A DNA stretch of 64,000 nucleotides from Takakia lepidozioides. Taxonomy: Eukaryota; Plantae; Bryophyta. The translations under genes and the position numbers were made by a program. Below the pieces are notes generated by a model that was not told the origin of the DNA, did no database searches, and saw nothing but the letters and a program-made list of their open reading frames with translations. Positions 25,601-37,564 of the stretch are shown one piece after another (within the stretch, counting starts at the first letter, position 1; each line of letters begins with the position of its first letter). The stretch covers positions 27,838,001 to 27,902,000 of the forward strand of contig CM060733.1 in the NCBI GenBank assembly GCA_030704615.1, written 5' to 3'.

Positions 25601-26822
25601 GACACACCATTGCCTTTCAGTTGAGGCATCAATGCTTTTTCATTTTTGTGGGAATTGGAACCATGCCTCCTTGTTGTCACACCACGTAGTATTAACCAAA
25701 CTTGGCAGTAACGATTTTATTCAATCGCAGGTTGGTCGATTCATTCCAAAGCTGCATCAGAGAGTCTGTTGATGATGATGTGAAATTGCGGTCAGTAGTT
25801 TCTGGCAACCTTTCTACATTGTCGCACCTTCATCAATTCATCAGTTCATTCACTGCTTTGACACCAGAGGTCTGCCGATTAGCAGTACTAAATAGTGTTG
25901 TAGGTCAAGTGAAACAAAGTATGCACCCCAAGAAGAGGACATTTTCTTTATAGTTTATGTGAGATATTGGCTTTTATCTCCTATCAGAGGTACAAGAGAG
26001 TGGTCATTAAAATCCAAATCATATGTTTGGTACCAGGCTGTTGCATGAAGTGCAATTGATGTTAACAACAGGACCGAGTGAGTGGGCAAATGGAAAGAAA
26101 CATCTTGGGCATCTTCTGGAGGGTTTTTTGCTGCCTTGCTTGAAGCATGGGGAATCACTGCTTTTTCCCACCCTTGAGGCCATTCAAGCAATTTTGTCCA
26201 AATCTTGGCCAACATCTCTCACATCTAAAACATCATTTCGTGATGCTCTTGAGAACCTTATGGGTTCTGTTGAGCGATGTTTCCACAACTCCAGAGATCA
26301 AGATCAGGGTGGAAACAGTCACAGTGTACAACATGAAGGGCAAGAAGATCAAGTCCAAGAGAAAAGAGAACAAGGTGACGCAGTTGAAGGTGACAAATCT
26401 CGGTGCCAACCGGATCTAGGTGCAGCAGAACAAGATGAATGTCACAAAGAGGGAGATGAAAGTGGCCAAAGCAAAAGCGTTGAGGACCAAAGAGCAGACA
26501 GCATACAACCACATCGTAGAAAACGTGAAGGCAAAGATAATCCAGTTGCTGAAAAATGTAGAGGTAAGATGTCCATCCCTTCTAGACCTGGTCATCAACA
26601 TGCATGTACAAATTTTGTTACACACCTTGATAGTTTGATAATCAGAGTTATACTAGTGCAAATCTCGGGGTCGTTCCCCCTGGTCTGTTTATTTGTACAC
26701 AAGGAAGTATCTCTGTGCACATGATTGTACAAGGCTGCCATTCTTTACCTGCTCGTTTCTATGTTTCAGGAACAATGGTCTTTCTGCTCGACAAAATGAC
26801 TCGTGGACTTGGCAGTGATTGA
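16665..26822 (+). CDS. DNAAF5: Dynein axonemal assembly factor 5 / HEATR2-like HEAT-repeat protein, ~15 exons
   Basis: Mostly phase-consistent GT-AG exons: 16665-17782, 18206-18332, 18738-18908, 19457-19602, 19932-20031, 20211-20335, 20716-20796, 21010-21119, 21747-21969, 22502-22737, ~24568-24714, ~25167-25358, 25731-25790, 26037-26563, 26770-26822. Motifs LNRNLNCLVD, KPLLRRFADSSEKCRQLSI, EKSEEVRLQL, LSHNRYRVRVAAL, RPCLGARIMV. Confidence 0.8.
19105..19420 (+). mobile_element. 3' end of (CATTT)n-tailed RTE-like LINE in DNAAF5 intron
   Basis: Reverse complement of 22847-23140; FFYCPLYYEIRG...HYEDQKCL; ends in catttaatttcatttc. Confidence 0.85.
21270..21372 (+). mobile_element. Two short 3'-tail fragments of the same RTE-like family
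   Basis: ccgtggacgttat and cccataagcgccttgagctttccgtggatgtcataa...catttcattt match the family 3' UTR. Confidence 0.65.
22847..24086 (-). mobile_element. 5'-truncated RTE/RTEX-like LINE (RT thumb region plus C-terminal Cys/His motif), frameshifted
   Basis: LGARGTTPSHILNAEF, RFRVGSHNLRIETGRW...REDRLCPAC...EEHFFFYCPLY; gaaatgaaatgaaatg tail at 22847. The clade assignment is inference. Confidence 0.8.
24089..24405 (-). mobile_element. Two further stacked 3'-end copies of the RTE-like family
   Basis: gaaatgaaatgaaatggtgctttataacatccgcggaaagctc at 24089; aagctcaaagagcttatgggaca at ~24258; HYEDQRYL. Confidence 0.75.
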
Positions 26823-26959
26823 TCTTTCACAAACTGCTGGCAATCTAATATCAATGCATATGGCATGTGAACCATAGCCAATATAGCAAGGCATTGTTCG
26901 GGTGGATGCCCTCAAAGCCTTTCTTGGTACAATTTCGAAGCTGGCAGTGTTCCCAAGCA

Positions 26960-27285
26960 AGCTGCCTGTTTCTTACACCCCACAGCAATAGCATTCAACG
27001 TCATGTTAGCTTTCATAACGTAGCCGGTCACTCTCTCCTTGTTGATTGATACCTTGGGTCGAGATTATTTTATGTTCACATCTTTCTCTCTCATAACAAA
27101 AGACATCGCATTCTTCAAATCTTTCCTCCCTACAGCAACAAAATATGCAGTGAGTTATCACTTACCAAGACAACCCTGCTGGTGCGAAAACACTGCTTCA
27201 ATGAAGGGTGTCCGTCTAGCGATGGATGCCTGTGCAACACAACAGGAGCCGATGGAGGTTATGGCAGTTTCCATATACAGCCCCT
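26960..27285 (-). pseudogene. Inverted copy of MRL7 exon 1 and intron 1 (41775-42085)
   Basis: The reverse complement aligns colinearly, e.g. tcttggtaagtgataac.cactgcatattttgttgctgtagggagg and aacaaggagagagtgac.gg.tacgttatgaaagct. Confidence 0.9.
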
Positions 27286-27583
27286 AGCATCGCCTAAGGT
27301 GCATCCACTTAACCTCCCGTTCAGACTCCAGCCAAGCCATTGTAGTTGTGTTGGGCAGTGTCCCTGCCAGGACAGCTGGGAGGGCCAGTCGCACTGCCTT
27401 GGAGAAATGCTTCTCAAATGAACCTGTTACAAGAGGACTGAAATCACCTGTGGATGTACATATGCGCCTGGTCCTTGACATTGATGCTCCTCTGACACCC
27501 TTGTAACTTCCATTATTGATCTCACCTTCATCTCTTGTCACACCTGCCAGTTGCACCGGCTTCCATGTTTGATAGCAGCACTG

Positions 27584-29794
27584 TCAAGTCCCAGCCTGCT
27601 GTGTATCCCACTTCAGAAGGTGATTTGCAGCGCACTCTGCTAGCTGCACATCACCATGCATCTTGCAGGCAGCAAGCAAGGTCCCCCACACAGAAGCATC
27701 TGGTTCCATTGGCAGCTTTTTAATGAAGTCTTCTGCCTCATCCAATCGCCCGGCACGGCCAAGAAGGTCCACCATGCAGCCACAATGCTCCACCGTGGGA
27801 GTGAGGCCATGATCACGACTCAAGGAGTCAAAATAGTGATGGCCTTCATCCACTAGGCCCACATGGCTACATGCAGAGAGAATAGATATAAAGGTGATAC
27901 CATCTGGCTTCAAGCCTTCCTGTTGCATCTGTTCAAATAGTTGCATAGCCTCCCTACTACACCCATGCTGGGTACTGCCTGCAATCATCACATTCCACGA
28001 GATGACATTTCTTTGAGCCATATTGTCGAACACTTGACATGCCTCCTTGAGGCTTCCGCATTTGGTATACATGGCAGCAAGGGCAGTCTCCAGAATGATG
28101 TCTGGCACAATTCCAGCTTTAATGATGTCAGCATGGACCTCTTTGCCCTTTGCTAGTGCTGCCAAGCTGGTACATGCATTGAGCACACAAGTGAACGTGA
28201 CCCTGTCGGCCGTCACACCTTTTTGTTGCATTTGCTCATAGATCTCGAAAGCTTCCCTACCACATCCATGCTGCGCATATGCTGCAATCATCACACTCCA
28301 TGATACTGCATTCCGTTCCGCCATATTGTCAAACACCTGTCTCGCATTGCTTATACTTCCACATTTGGCATACATGTCAACAAGAGCAGTCTCTAGAATG
28401 ATATCGGGTGCAATTCCAGCTTTAGAAATGTTGGCATGGACCTCTTTCCCTTCTTCCAGTGCTCCTACACTGGCACATGCATTGAGAACGTAAATGAATG
28501 TGACCCTGTTGGGCATCACCTCTTCCCGATGCATTTGCTTATAGACACTGATGGCCTGTCTACCACACCCATGCTGAGCATATCCAGAGATCATCGCACT
28601 CCATGAGACCACATTTCGTTCAACCATATTGTTGAACACTTCAAGTGCATCCCTCATGCTCCCGCATTTGGCATACATGTCAACAAGGCTATTCTCCACA
28701 ACAAGGTCTGGCACTATTCCACTTTTGCTCATGTCAGCATGGACCTCTTTGCCCTTTGCCAGGGCTCCTAAGCTGGTACACACATTGAGAATGCATGTGA
28801 ATGTCACCCTGTCGGCCATTACCCCCTCCTGTTTCATTTGCTCATAGATCTCCACAGCATCCCTACCACACCCGTGCTGGACATATGCTGCAAGAATCAC
28901 ATTCCATGAGACCACAGTCCTCTTAGCCATCTTGTCAAACACATGACGAGCATCCTCTACACTCCCGCATTTGGCATACATGTCAGCCAGAGTATTTTCC
29001 AGGATGACATCTGGCACAATTCCCCATTTGTCCATGTCAGCATGCACTTCTTTACCCTTTTCCAGGGCTCTTAAGCTGGCACACACATTGAGAAGGCAAA
29101 TGAATGTGACCTTGTCTGGCATCACCCCTTCCTGTATCATTTGCTCATAAATACCGAAAGCCTCTCTGCCGCACCCATGCTGAACATACCCTGCAATTAT
29201 CCCATTCCATGAGACCACATCTCGTTCAGCCATATTGCTGAACAGTTGATGTGCATCTGTTACCCTCCCACATTTGGCATACATGTCAGCAAGGGTGTTC
29301 TGCAAAATGATATCTACTACAATTCCACTTTTGCTGATGTCACAATGGACCTGTCTGCCCCTTTCCAGGGCCCTTAGGCTGGCACATGCATTGAGGACGC
29401 AAGTGAACGTGACCTTGTCTGGTGGCACCTTCTCCCATTGCATTTGCTCATAGATCTCCAAAGCCTCCCTACCACAACTACGTTTGGCATAACCTCCTAT
29501 CATTATATTCCACGTAAACAAATCGCGTTCAGGCATTTTGTCAAACACTCGGCGAGCATCCATTAGGCTCCCGCACTTGGCATACATGTTGACAAGGGTG
29601 TTGAGTAGAAAGATGCTTGGCTTGCATCCACTTTGGATAATGTGGGCATGCAGCTGCTTGCCCCCTGCTAGGTCTTTCATTTTGATGCATTCCTGCAAGA
29701 GGTAGCCATAAGTATTGGAATGTTCCTGAATGCCAGGGTGATTCCAAACATGCAGCGCCTCTTTCAGCCGTCGTGCCTTAGTTAGTGTCCTCAT
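27584..29794 (-). CDS. PLS-class PPR protein (20 motifs plus E1, E2 frameshifted, no DYW); possibly pseudogenised
   Basis: L-S-(P-L-S)x5-P2-L2-S2-E1. After TGA 27584-27586, shifted frames give VLLSNMEAGATGRCD and MKVRSIME (decayed E2). The upstream linker is homologous to PPR1 (KRGIDKISFGNSGDMRTL vs REGIHKKSFGTRDVRTL) with a 1-nt loss at ~29830. Confidence 0.85.
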   Translation of the reverse strand: MRTLTKARRLKEALHVWNHPGIQEHSNTYGYLLQECIKMKDLAGGKQLHAHIIQSGCKPSIFLLNTLVNMYAKCGSLMDARRVFDKMPERDLFTWNIMIGGYAKRSCGREALEIYEQMQWEKVPPDKVTFTCVLNACASLRALERGRQVHCDISKSGIVVDIILQNTLADMYAKCGRVTDAHQLFSNMAERDVVSWNGIIAGYVQHGCGREAFGIYEQMIQEGVMPDKVTFICLLNVCASLRALEKGKEVHADMDKWGIVPDVILENTLADMYAKCGSVEDARHVFDKMAKRTVVSWNVILAAYVQHGCGRDAVEIYEQMKQEGVMADRVTFTCILNVCTSLGALAKGKEVHADMSKSGIVPDLVVENSLVDMYAKCGSMRDALEVFNNMVERNVVSWSAMISGYAQHGCGRQAISVYKQMHREEVMPNRVTFIYVLNACASVGALEEGKEVHANISKAGIAPDIILETALVDMYAKCGSISNARQVFDNMAERNAVSWSVMIAAYAQHGCGREAFEIYEQMQQKGVTADRVTFTCVLNACTSLAALAKGKEVHADIIKAGIVPDIILETALAAMYTKCGSLKEACQVFDNMAQRNVISWNVMIAGSTQHGCSREAMQLFEQMQQEGLKPDGITFISILSACSHVGLVDEGHHYFDSLSRDHGLTPTVEHCGCMVDLLGRAGRLDEAEDFIKKLPMEPDASVWGTLLAACKMHGDVQLAECAANHLLKWDTQQAGT

Positions 29795-30076
29795 ATCCCC
29801 AGAATTGCCAAAGGAGATCTTGTCGATCCCTCTCTTGGTCCTGTTTCAAAAGCAGTGGTGATGGTGCAGGTACCTGATTCCAACAATTTTGCCTGATTCA
29901 GCTCTGCCATCCTGCATACTTCCTAGTCATAAACATTCTCTCCAACTCAAATAAGACATCCGAGCTCCTAAATACTTCAAAGAAAGATCTGTTGAGGACA
30001 GGGTTCTTTTCACAAATGAACAAGGTAGAAACTACTTCCAGTGGACACCTTTAAAGCTAAACTGTACTAATACTAC

Positions 30077-30286
30077 CTGTTGTCTGCACCCATAAATCAT
30101 CATTGATACCGTACCCGTTTGGCTCGCTCCATGGCATACATCAATAGTAGAAGCGTCCAAGAATCGTACTCGACCTTGTATCACGGCAGGCAGCTCTGCT
30201 TGTACCCAAGTAGGGTTTGACCGAACCCCAATTCATAGGAACTCTTTTTTGTGCTTAAAGCTGAAGTGTGGTGATCTTGGAATTTT
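30077..30286 (-). pseudogene. Upstream exon of the second PPR gene encoding the C-terminal half of an OSB-type PDF motif
   Basis: ccacag|KIPRSPHFSFKHKKEFL*IGVRSNPTWVQAEL; the conserved W is TGA at 30235-30233; candidate donor after 30077. Confidence 0.7.
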
Positions 30287-30559
30287 CTGTGGAACCACCA
30301 GTGGGCAGCTAAACAGCCATAACTTCCACCCCAGCTAGACTAGGCCATAACTTCCTTCCCTACAACAGGGTATAACTTTGAAAAATCTTGATAACCTGCT
30401 GCTTTCTTTTGATGAAGAGCAGAAATGTCATTGCTTTGAGCAACTTACGGAATTCCAGTTCACAAAACATCAGCATGGCTCCAATCACAACCCCTCCTTG
30501 ACAAACTCTTTCACCTCCTAGCTGAGCTAGCCTCACCATCTCACACCTGTGATCCTACA

Positions 30560-31880
30560 AATGTTTGGCAAGCTTAACTGGCAAATTGCTGAGGCAACAT
30601 AACCGCCACAATGCGCAGTGCTCAGACGTAGTACTGATTTCACAGTATGTGAAATTTAAAAGAAGTAAATGATACGCGGGTCTACCTTACTCTGAAGATA
30701 TTGACGACATTCACTCACTAGCAGGGACACCCTTGCCCCATCCAACGTCAGTTCACCTTCTTGAGCTTCCTGTAGACGTTCTGAAGTGGCTCTTTAGTTG
30801 TGTTTCTGTTCTGTGTGTTCCTTATGCCCATCTGGATTCCCAGGAATAAAATAAACTTTTTCCTTTCCTGATCCAAATCATGTGTTTGGTGCCTTTGCAT
30901 GAAGTGCAACTGATGTGAACGATAGGTGCAAGCGTTTGTGCAAATGGAAAGAAACATATTGCGCATCTTCTGGAGAGTTTTTCACTGCCTTGCTGAGGAA
31001 TCGCTGCTTTTTCCCACCCGTGAGGCCATCCACGCAATTTTGGCCAACATCTCTCACCTCTTAAGCTAAAATACCATGTAAAATATGAAGGGCAAGAAGA
31101 TCAAGGCAAAAAGAGAAAAAGGTGCCACGTCTCTGTGCCAAGTGCAGCGGGACAAGATGAAAGCCAGAAAGCGGGAGATGAAAGCCATCAAAGCAAAAAT
31201 AGACGAGGATCAGAGCGTAATACTACGTCAACATGAAGGCAAAGATAATCGAGTTGCTTCTAGACCTCGTCTTCAAATTTTGTTGCACACTCTTCATAGT
31301 CTGCTGATCGACACAGCAATCCTTGAGGTTACTTTCCATGTAAACCCGTTCCCGTTCTATGACGTCATACAAAAATGGGTTTGACCACGGGTCACTCCTC
31401 CCCTTTCCGTGCACCACCATGGCACGGAAGCGGGACTCCACCGGCACTCTTGCAGGTGTGTGACCCACTTCTTCCTCGCACCCTCGACTTTCCTGGTTTT
31501 CCCGCGCTTTATTGTATCTGTAGGCACATCTTCCTGTTGTGCACAATGTGACCGTCCTCCTCCACACGCTATACAAATTTATGGATTTCAACTTTGAGAT
31601 GTCGGCGTTCACTACCCCTTCCCGTCCCCATGGTTGCGAGGGCATGAGCATGGTTACTCATGCTCTTGCAAATCTCATGGTCATTCCCCTTGGTCTGTTT
31701 ATTATATACAAGGAAGCAATTTCCATGCACACTTGTTCAACTATTCTTAACCCACTTGTTTCTGTGTCTCAAAGGTGTTCTTGCTCGACGAAATGTCTCG
31801 TGGACTTGGCAGTGATTGATCTTCCCCAAAGTGCTGGCAATCAAGAATCAATGCCATTCAGCAAGACATTGTGTGGGTGT
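30560..31880 (+). pseudogene. Decayed, intron-retaining partial duplicate of DNAAF5
   Basis: 30560-30795 matches 20889-21168; 30870-31305 matches 26012-26640; 31665-31880 matches ~26655-26910. Deletions and stops throughout. Confidence 0.9.
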
Positions 31881-32700
31881 AGGTAGCTGCAGTTTTGACA
31901 GCTCATGTTACCCCGGAATAGATAACTGAAGGGATACATTTGTTCATACCGACTTCTCAACGTCCAGGCCATTCCCTGTTGCCCATTTACACCCTGCAGA
32001 ATATTGCACTAACATACTGGTTTCAACTTGCAAAACCACATAAGTAGTGTGAATTATCATTGCACACTACTGAAGGGCAAGCCCAGCCAACCCACAGCAC
32101 TTGGAGGCATCATATTTGAATTGCCTTAAGATACTGTCCTGGACTAACCAGAAACAGAATTACAACAAAAAATTGGAGATGCTTTGGGATACACATCCAA
32201 TCAAAGAAGGTCTGCCCCTTTATAGTTCAATCTCAAATCATACAGTGTGATTGCATGTTATCATAAGAAAACAGTACTTTGTCACATTCAACCCAACTTC
32301 ACTGCGTGGGATGTTACCTTCCACAAATGCTAGCAAGCAGTGGAGAATCATTGTGTCACCAGCTTTCACTTGAATCAGAGGAAATAGAAATGTAATCCAA
32401 GATACCCAACTCATTTGTGTAGACCCTCCTCAGTACCTCAGTCCGAAGCCTTTGGTAAGAACCTGGTAAACCGATCGAGACTGAAGAGACATCTAAGATG
32501 AACTTTGGAGGCAATTTGTACACTTGAATGTCACCCATGACGTTTGAGAATTGCTAGTCCTGGAGGCATGTGTCCTTGGCATGAGCTTGGCATGCTTCAA
32601 CAGAAGATAAACTTCACAATATGGATTTGCACACTACAAGGAACCCTGATGACATGGCTAAACTGCCAAATACAAATGACAGAGTAAACACACGAGAAGA

Positions 32701-34403
32701 TTACAAAGGAGGATTCTGTCGATCATACACAGTAGGAGGATATTGAGCAGGGCGGAGGTAATCCCCTGCTGTGGCTATAGCAGATACAAGGACTGCAGTG
32801 CCTAGCATCTTGGCAGCATTCCCTGTTCGGGCTGACACCAGAGCTCCTGTGATGGCCCCCGATATGCTTGCATTCGCCTGGCCAGGGCGATTAATTAGGT
32901 AACATCCAGGAAAGGCCATGATCTAACAAAAGCGTGGTAACCTCAAAGACCAAAGCAATTGCTACAACCTTTTAGGCAAGCATCAGCTTGCAGTAATGGT
33001 GCATGTGGTGCTTAGCCTGTCTTTCTTCTCAATTAAAATTGTCCAAACAAAATGCCTGTATTTGCAAGAAGATGTACAGGTGCCAAAGGAGGTCATTACA
33101 AACATTGATAAAGGATAGCAGCTCACCCAATCCCTTTTCCTCCTCACAGTCTCCACCCCGCAATTCAATCCCAAATATGCACCTGCAAAACATCCTGCGA
33201 CCCTTCACACAGATGTCAGTCAGAGCTTGGACAGTACATTTCAACTCGTGTTCACAGAGTATCCAGCCGCAGTTTAATGGGAAAGAATAACTTAACAAAC
33301 AGATGAGATGTGGAAAACCGTCTGGAGACGAAGAAGTCTGCATAGAGGAGTGCATGGGTGTGTGAAAGAGGGAGAGAGAGGAAACACAGGACTTTTAAGA
33401 CTGCAGAATCATTCCTTCAGAAACCCAGATGAGAATGCAAGGCAAGAGACTTGGGATGCAGAAAAGAAACAAGGCTGAACTTACCCCATCCAAGGCCATT
33501 CCTCGCGATAGACTTCATCTGTAGTAAAAGAAGCCCATGCCACAATAGTCAATGAACACAGCCACCATCTGCTTGCAACTATGGCTATCTCATGTGTGTA
33601 GAAGTGAGGTCACCCCCCTGCCAAGTCCGAACTAGAAAGCTAAGAGGATTGAGTCTGTGCCAGAAAGGTTGAGTAAAAAATCATTGCCCCAAGTCAGTGG
33701 GAACTGAATGGTTCCACTTTGACTGGTCACAGTACTGATTCCAAAGATTCTACAGTCGAGTGATACTGCTTTTGCTCTACAGGCTTTGTATTGTGCCGAT
33801 CTGCCAGACACTTTGCAGGCACAAGTAAACCTGGCTTACCACATATAGAGCCCGCCCAGCTCCTTTGTGTCCTGAAACAAAAAATAACATTTCCCTTGTC
33901 AAAATATTGGTATGAGCAGATCTGTTCACAAATGGGTATACCAAATAGACCTACTTGCAAAGCTGTGGTACTCAAGACTTACAACTGTTTAAGCGTCTGC
34001 TTCATTGCTGGCTGGACTAAGCCTGTAGCGACCGAGACAGGAACACGGACCATTATGGCATCGGGCTGGCAGTTCACCCCTCACGAAGGAGGGCTACATA
34101 CTGCATGGCTGGCTCAGTGGGCTTCGGAATTCCCTCAGAAATTCAGCTCAGCCGCACACAGAGAGAAAGAGAAGCCTGGAGGCATTGGAAGCTGGGTAGA
34201 CAAGTGAAAGCGAGAAGGGTAAGACCAGTGGGTTTTCCCTCAATGGTGTAACCACACCTACGTTACTCAGAGAGCTCTATGTCACTGAGCCTAAAAACAG
34301 AAGCCTCAAGGCATTGGAGGCTTGGGAGACAAGTGAGAGAGGGCTCCATACCATCTTTAATGGCATCGTGAGATCCCATAAACATTCCCCATGCAACACC
34401 TGC
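32701..34403 (-). CDS. Tim17/22/23 (PRAT) family protein, OEP16-4-like; 5' exon(s) unresolved
   Basis: Exons 34352-34403, 33840-33871, 33485-33518, 33127-33182 and 32701-32877 splice in phase to AGVAWGMFMGSHDAIKDGHKGAGRALYVMKSIARNGLGWGAYLGLNCGVETVRRKRDWANASISGAITGA (R.K.DW.N...G..TG signature). Confidence 0.85.
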
Positions 34404-37400
34404 CTGCATGCATGTCCATTAAAAGTATTATAACCAAGGTGTGCATCCACCTTCATATACAACATACTCCCACCACAATATGAGCTGTATTTGTCTGCTG
34501 TCGGTGTCTGCATAGTTCTCTTAGGAGGCTGTGATGGAAGTACATCTGGTTCAATTCTGTCCATATTTGACATTTGCAAATCCCTTTCAACAATCTTTTT
34601 AGATTCTCAACCAGGCCATGCCTAATCTGGGTGCTAAAGCTTTCCTGAGTGACATTTGAAACTTCTTCATACCAGACCTTCCACACTTTTGTTGGCACAA
34701 ACAAGAACAAGGGCTATTGACAACAAAATGGACAATAAAGACATAATGTCTTGAGATAGAGGTTGCAGACTCCTATAAAGATGGTAAATTGGTCATCCTC
34801 CATTCAAATGACCTGGCCCAAAGGGACAATCATCGCTCCTACAACATTGTAAGTATGCGATTTTGTTTCCAGAGCCCGCAAATAGGCGCGGAGGTGAATA
34901 AGGGAGCCACTCCAGGGTATCCCTTACAAGAATGATTTGGGCTAGATTCCATGTACTCTGGTTTTGAGAGAGCTCGATTCTCTGCCTAGCTGCAAAGTTA
35001 CATTAGGGATTGTAGTGGAAACCAGGATCAGATGCTCTGGCAGCAATGTCTCAGGCAGGGACCCTGAGGAGAGGAAAAGTGACCCTGAAGTCATCCATAG
35101 AATTGGAGAACAGGGTAAATGAGACTCTTGCACCAATCCTCATATTGCAGAATATGAGAATGACAAAAGTTGCAAGTGAGGTGGGATGCCAAGCATCTGT
35201 GTGTGAACCCCTGATTTCATTGTTTCTTGCAAAAGCTGATTCGAATTGAAGTGGTGGTGGACAAATGTAGTTTGTACTCCAGAGACCACGGAGACCGGAA
35301 GTGATTGTTCACATTGCCATCAGAATCTACAAAACTCCAATCCAAAACAGGAATTCAACAGCAAAATATGTGGTCTAGGAGATGGAATCAACGTGGTGGA
35401 TGAATCAAGAGATACTCTCCTTCGCCAAAAGGTAGGTTCAAAATTTGGAGACAGGTCGAAACATGTTCATGCCCAATTTCTGACAAGGTAATTAATCTCC
35501 TAATCGATACTTCAGCATAGGCATAGAGTAAACGCGCGCACAAGGATGTAAAACGTTACCCAACGGTGCATATTTCAAGCAAAGACTGTTGCAAAAGATT
35601 CTGCAAAGAGGGGGACACTGCCTTAGGGGCTTCACAACCATCTCATACACCTACTCTCATACACCTTTTCATGATACCTCCGGATGGAAATAGTAAGGTG
35701 AAAGGCCATTGACGAGATATAGTTTCATAAGCAAGATACTATCGCACCCCTCGGTCAAAATGCCTTTGGCAGTAAATTCGAGACGCTACCAGGTTGCCAC
35801 TCTAGCCCAAGGGAGGATATGTCTCGTGATTTTTCTTTCTCTTTGGCCTTTCTGACTAATTTGGGTTTCATGTCTTCATGGTCACGAGGGGACAGACAAA
35901 GTGATGAAAGTAGATAAAGAAAGGAGAGTGAATGAAGGAGACCAAGGCCAAGAGGGATAGCAAGCTCCCAAAGAAACCCAACGTGTGAGTATCAATCACC
36001 CACTGCATCAAAGGGTAAGTAAGAGGGAGAACCAGAAAAAAGGAGAAACCAGGACAAAACATGTACATGAAGTACGAGAGGAAACAGGGGGGCGGGGTAC
36101 CATGCCAATTCGCACAAACCCATCTACAGCTCGGGACACACAGGGTGGACCTGCCTCGTACATATCTCGGGCATCCATCCCTGTCTTTCTCCCTCTCCTC
36201 CTTTGCTCCTCCTCCTCTTCTCTCTCTCATCACCGTACTCTTTCGGATGTCTCCTGATGTCAAGGCCCAGCCACAATGCCACGTGGAGTTTCCTGGTTTA
36301 GCCACGACCGTGGGTCTTTTACCCATGTCTGTTTTGTGAAGGTCTACTGTGCATAAGCCTGTCGTCTGTTCCTTGGTTGTGCAGTATGTGTGCAGACACT
36401 GTCGGATCCATCCTTTGCTCTATCACTTTCTCATGCAGGCCTGCATTGTATCCAACTTGAACATATACTACGAACTCTACAAGTAAAGGAAATTCCTCTC
36501 TCCCTCGGAATTGGGTAGGAGCAAAGCAGGGAAGGAGGGTTGCACATCCTGAATCCATACATAGAGAGACCTGGTATTCCAGTACACCCAGAGAGCAATC
36601 GCGACTGTAAGCGAACATGTAAGGAGGGAGTATGAGGGAGTTTGTCCTGGCTTCGACTAAGGTTGTCTTGGGGTGGTAGAGGAAAAGGCTCAGTCCCGCT
36701 TGATTGATGATTGACTGGTCTTGGGCGTTGTGCGTCTGAGACTGTATACAGTCCATGAATTTAAGATCATACCTGTGAACGGGAAACAACCCAACGGTGA
36801 GGAAAGCATGGGCTTCGTCACTTCGTTGCAGTATACCTCCAATCAAGCTGCAACGTTGAGTGTCTTGCATCTCAACACGCGCATCCAAAACCGTGGATAA
36901 CTTTCGCAGCATGGATTCCAGAGGTCATCTTTTGTTCGATTCACCGAAGACACCGACTATGTGGGTCGGGCATCCACCAGATGGAGTTCGAGTTCACTGT
37001 CAGTAATCTCCTCAAATTGGAGACTTGTCTCGATTACTTTGTATTGCACCCATGGGAATCAGATCAATTGTGTGCACTTCATCAATCTGAGTTTGCGACA
37101 CCACATTTAGATGGGCTCAGAAAAAATGATTGACTTTCTTGTACTGGAAGGAATGCAACTATTAACGTAGCAGTGCATGGATCTGAAGTGCATGGATCTG
37201 AGCAGCTCATTCAAAATGTAGCAGGCGGCTGCATTGCGAGTCACCCTGTTGAACAGCACATACAGTACACCTTCTGTGGTTTCTGGCGCCGGAGAGAGTC
37301 TCACATCCAAGATCTCACCACTCACTATGCCACGACATGGCCTGATTACAACTCGTGTTGGCATGCCTGGTCAAGAGATGTACAAGCATGAAATGTTTTA

Positions 37401-37564
37401 AGAAGCAAGAAATGTATTAAGGAGCAAGAAACAGCCAGAACATTGAATGCTGCACATGAGCCTCCTTTGCTAGTATGTTTGCTTGTGCAAACAAATATAA
37501 TCTTTCACACAAGCCCCAATCAGAGGGCAACTAATCTGCTGAGAACTGGGCAGCAGAGTTTAGG

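Noticed and set aside
33983-34022. 40-nt AG/GT-bounded exon in the Tim17-like gene
   Set aside because: Phases incompatible with the neighbouring exons, which join correctly without it.
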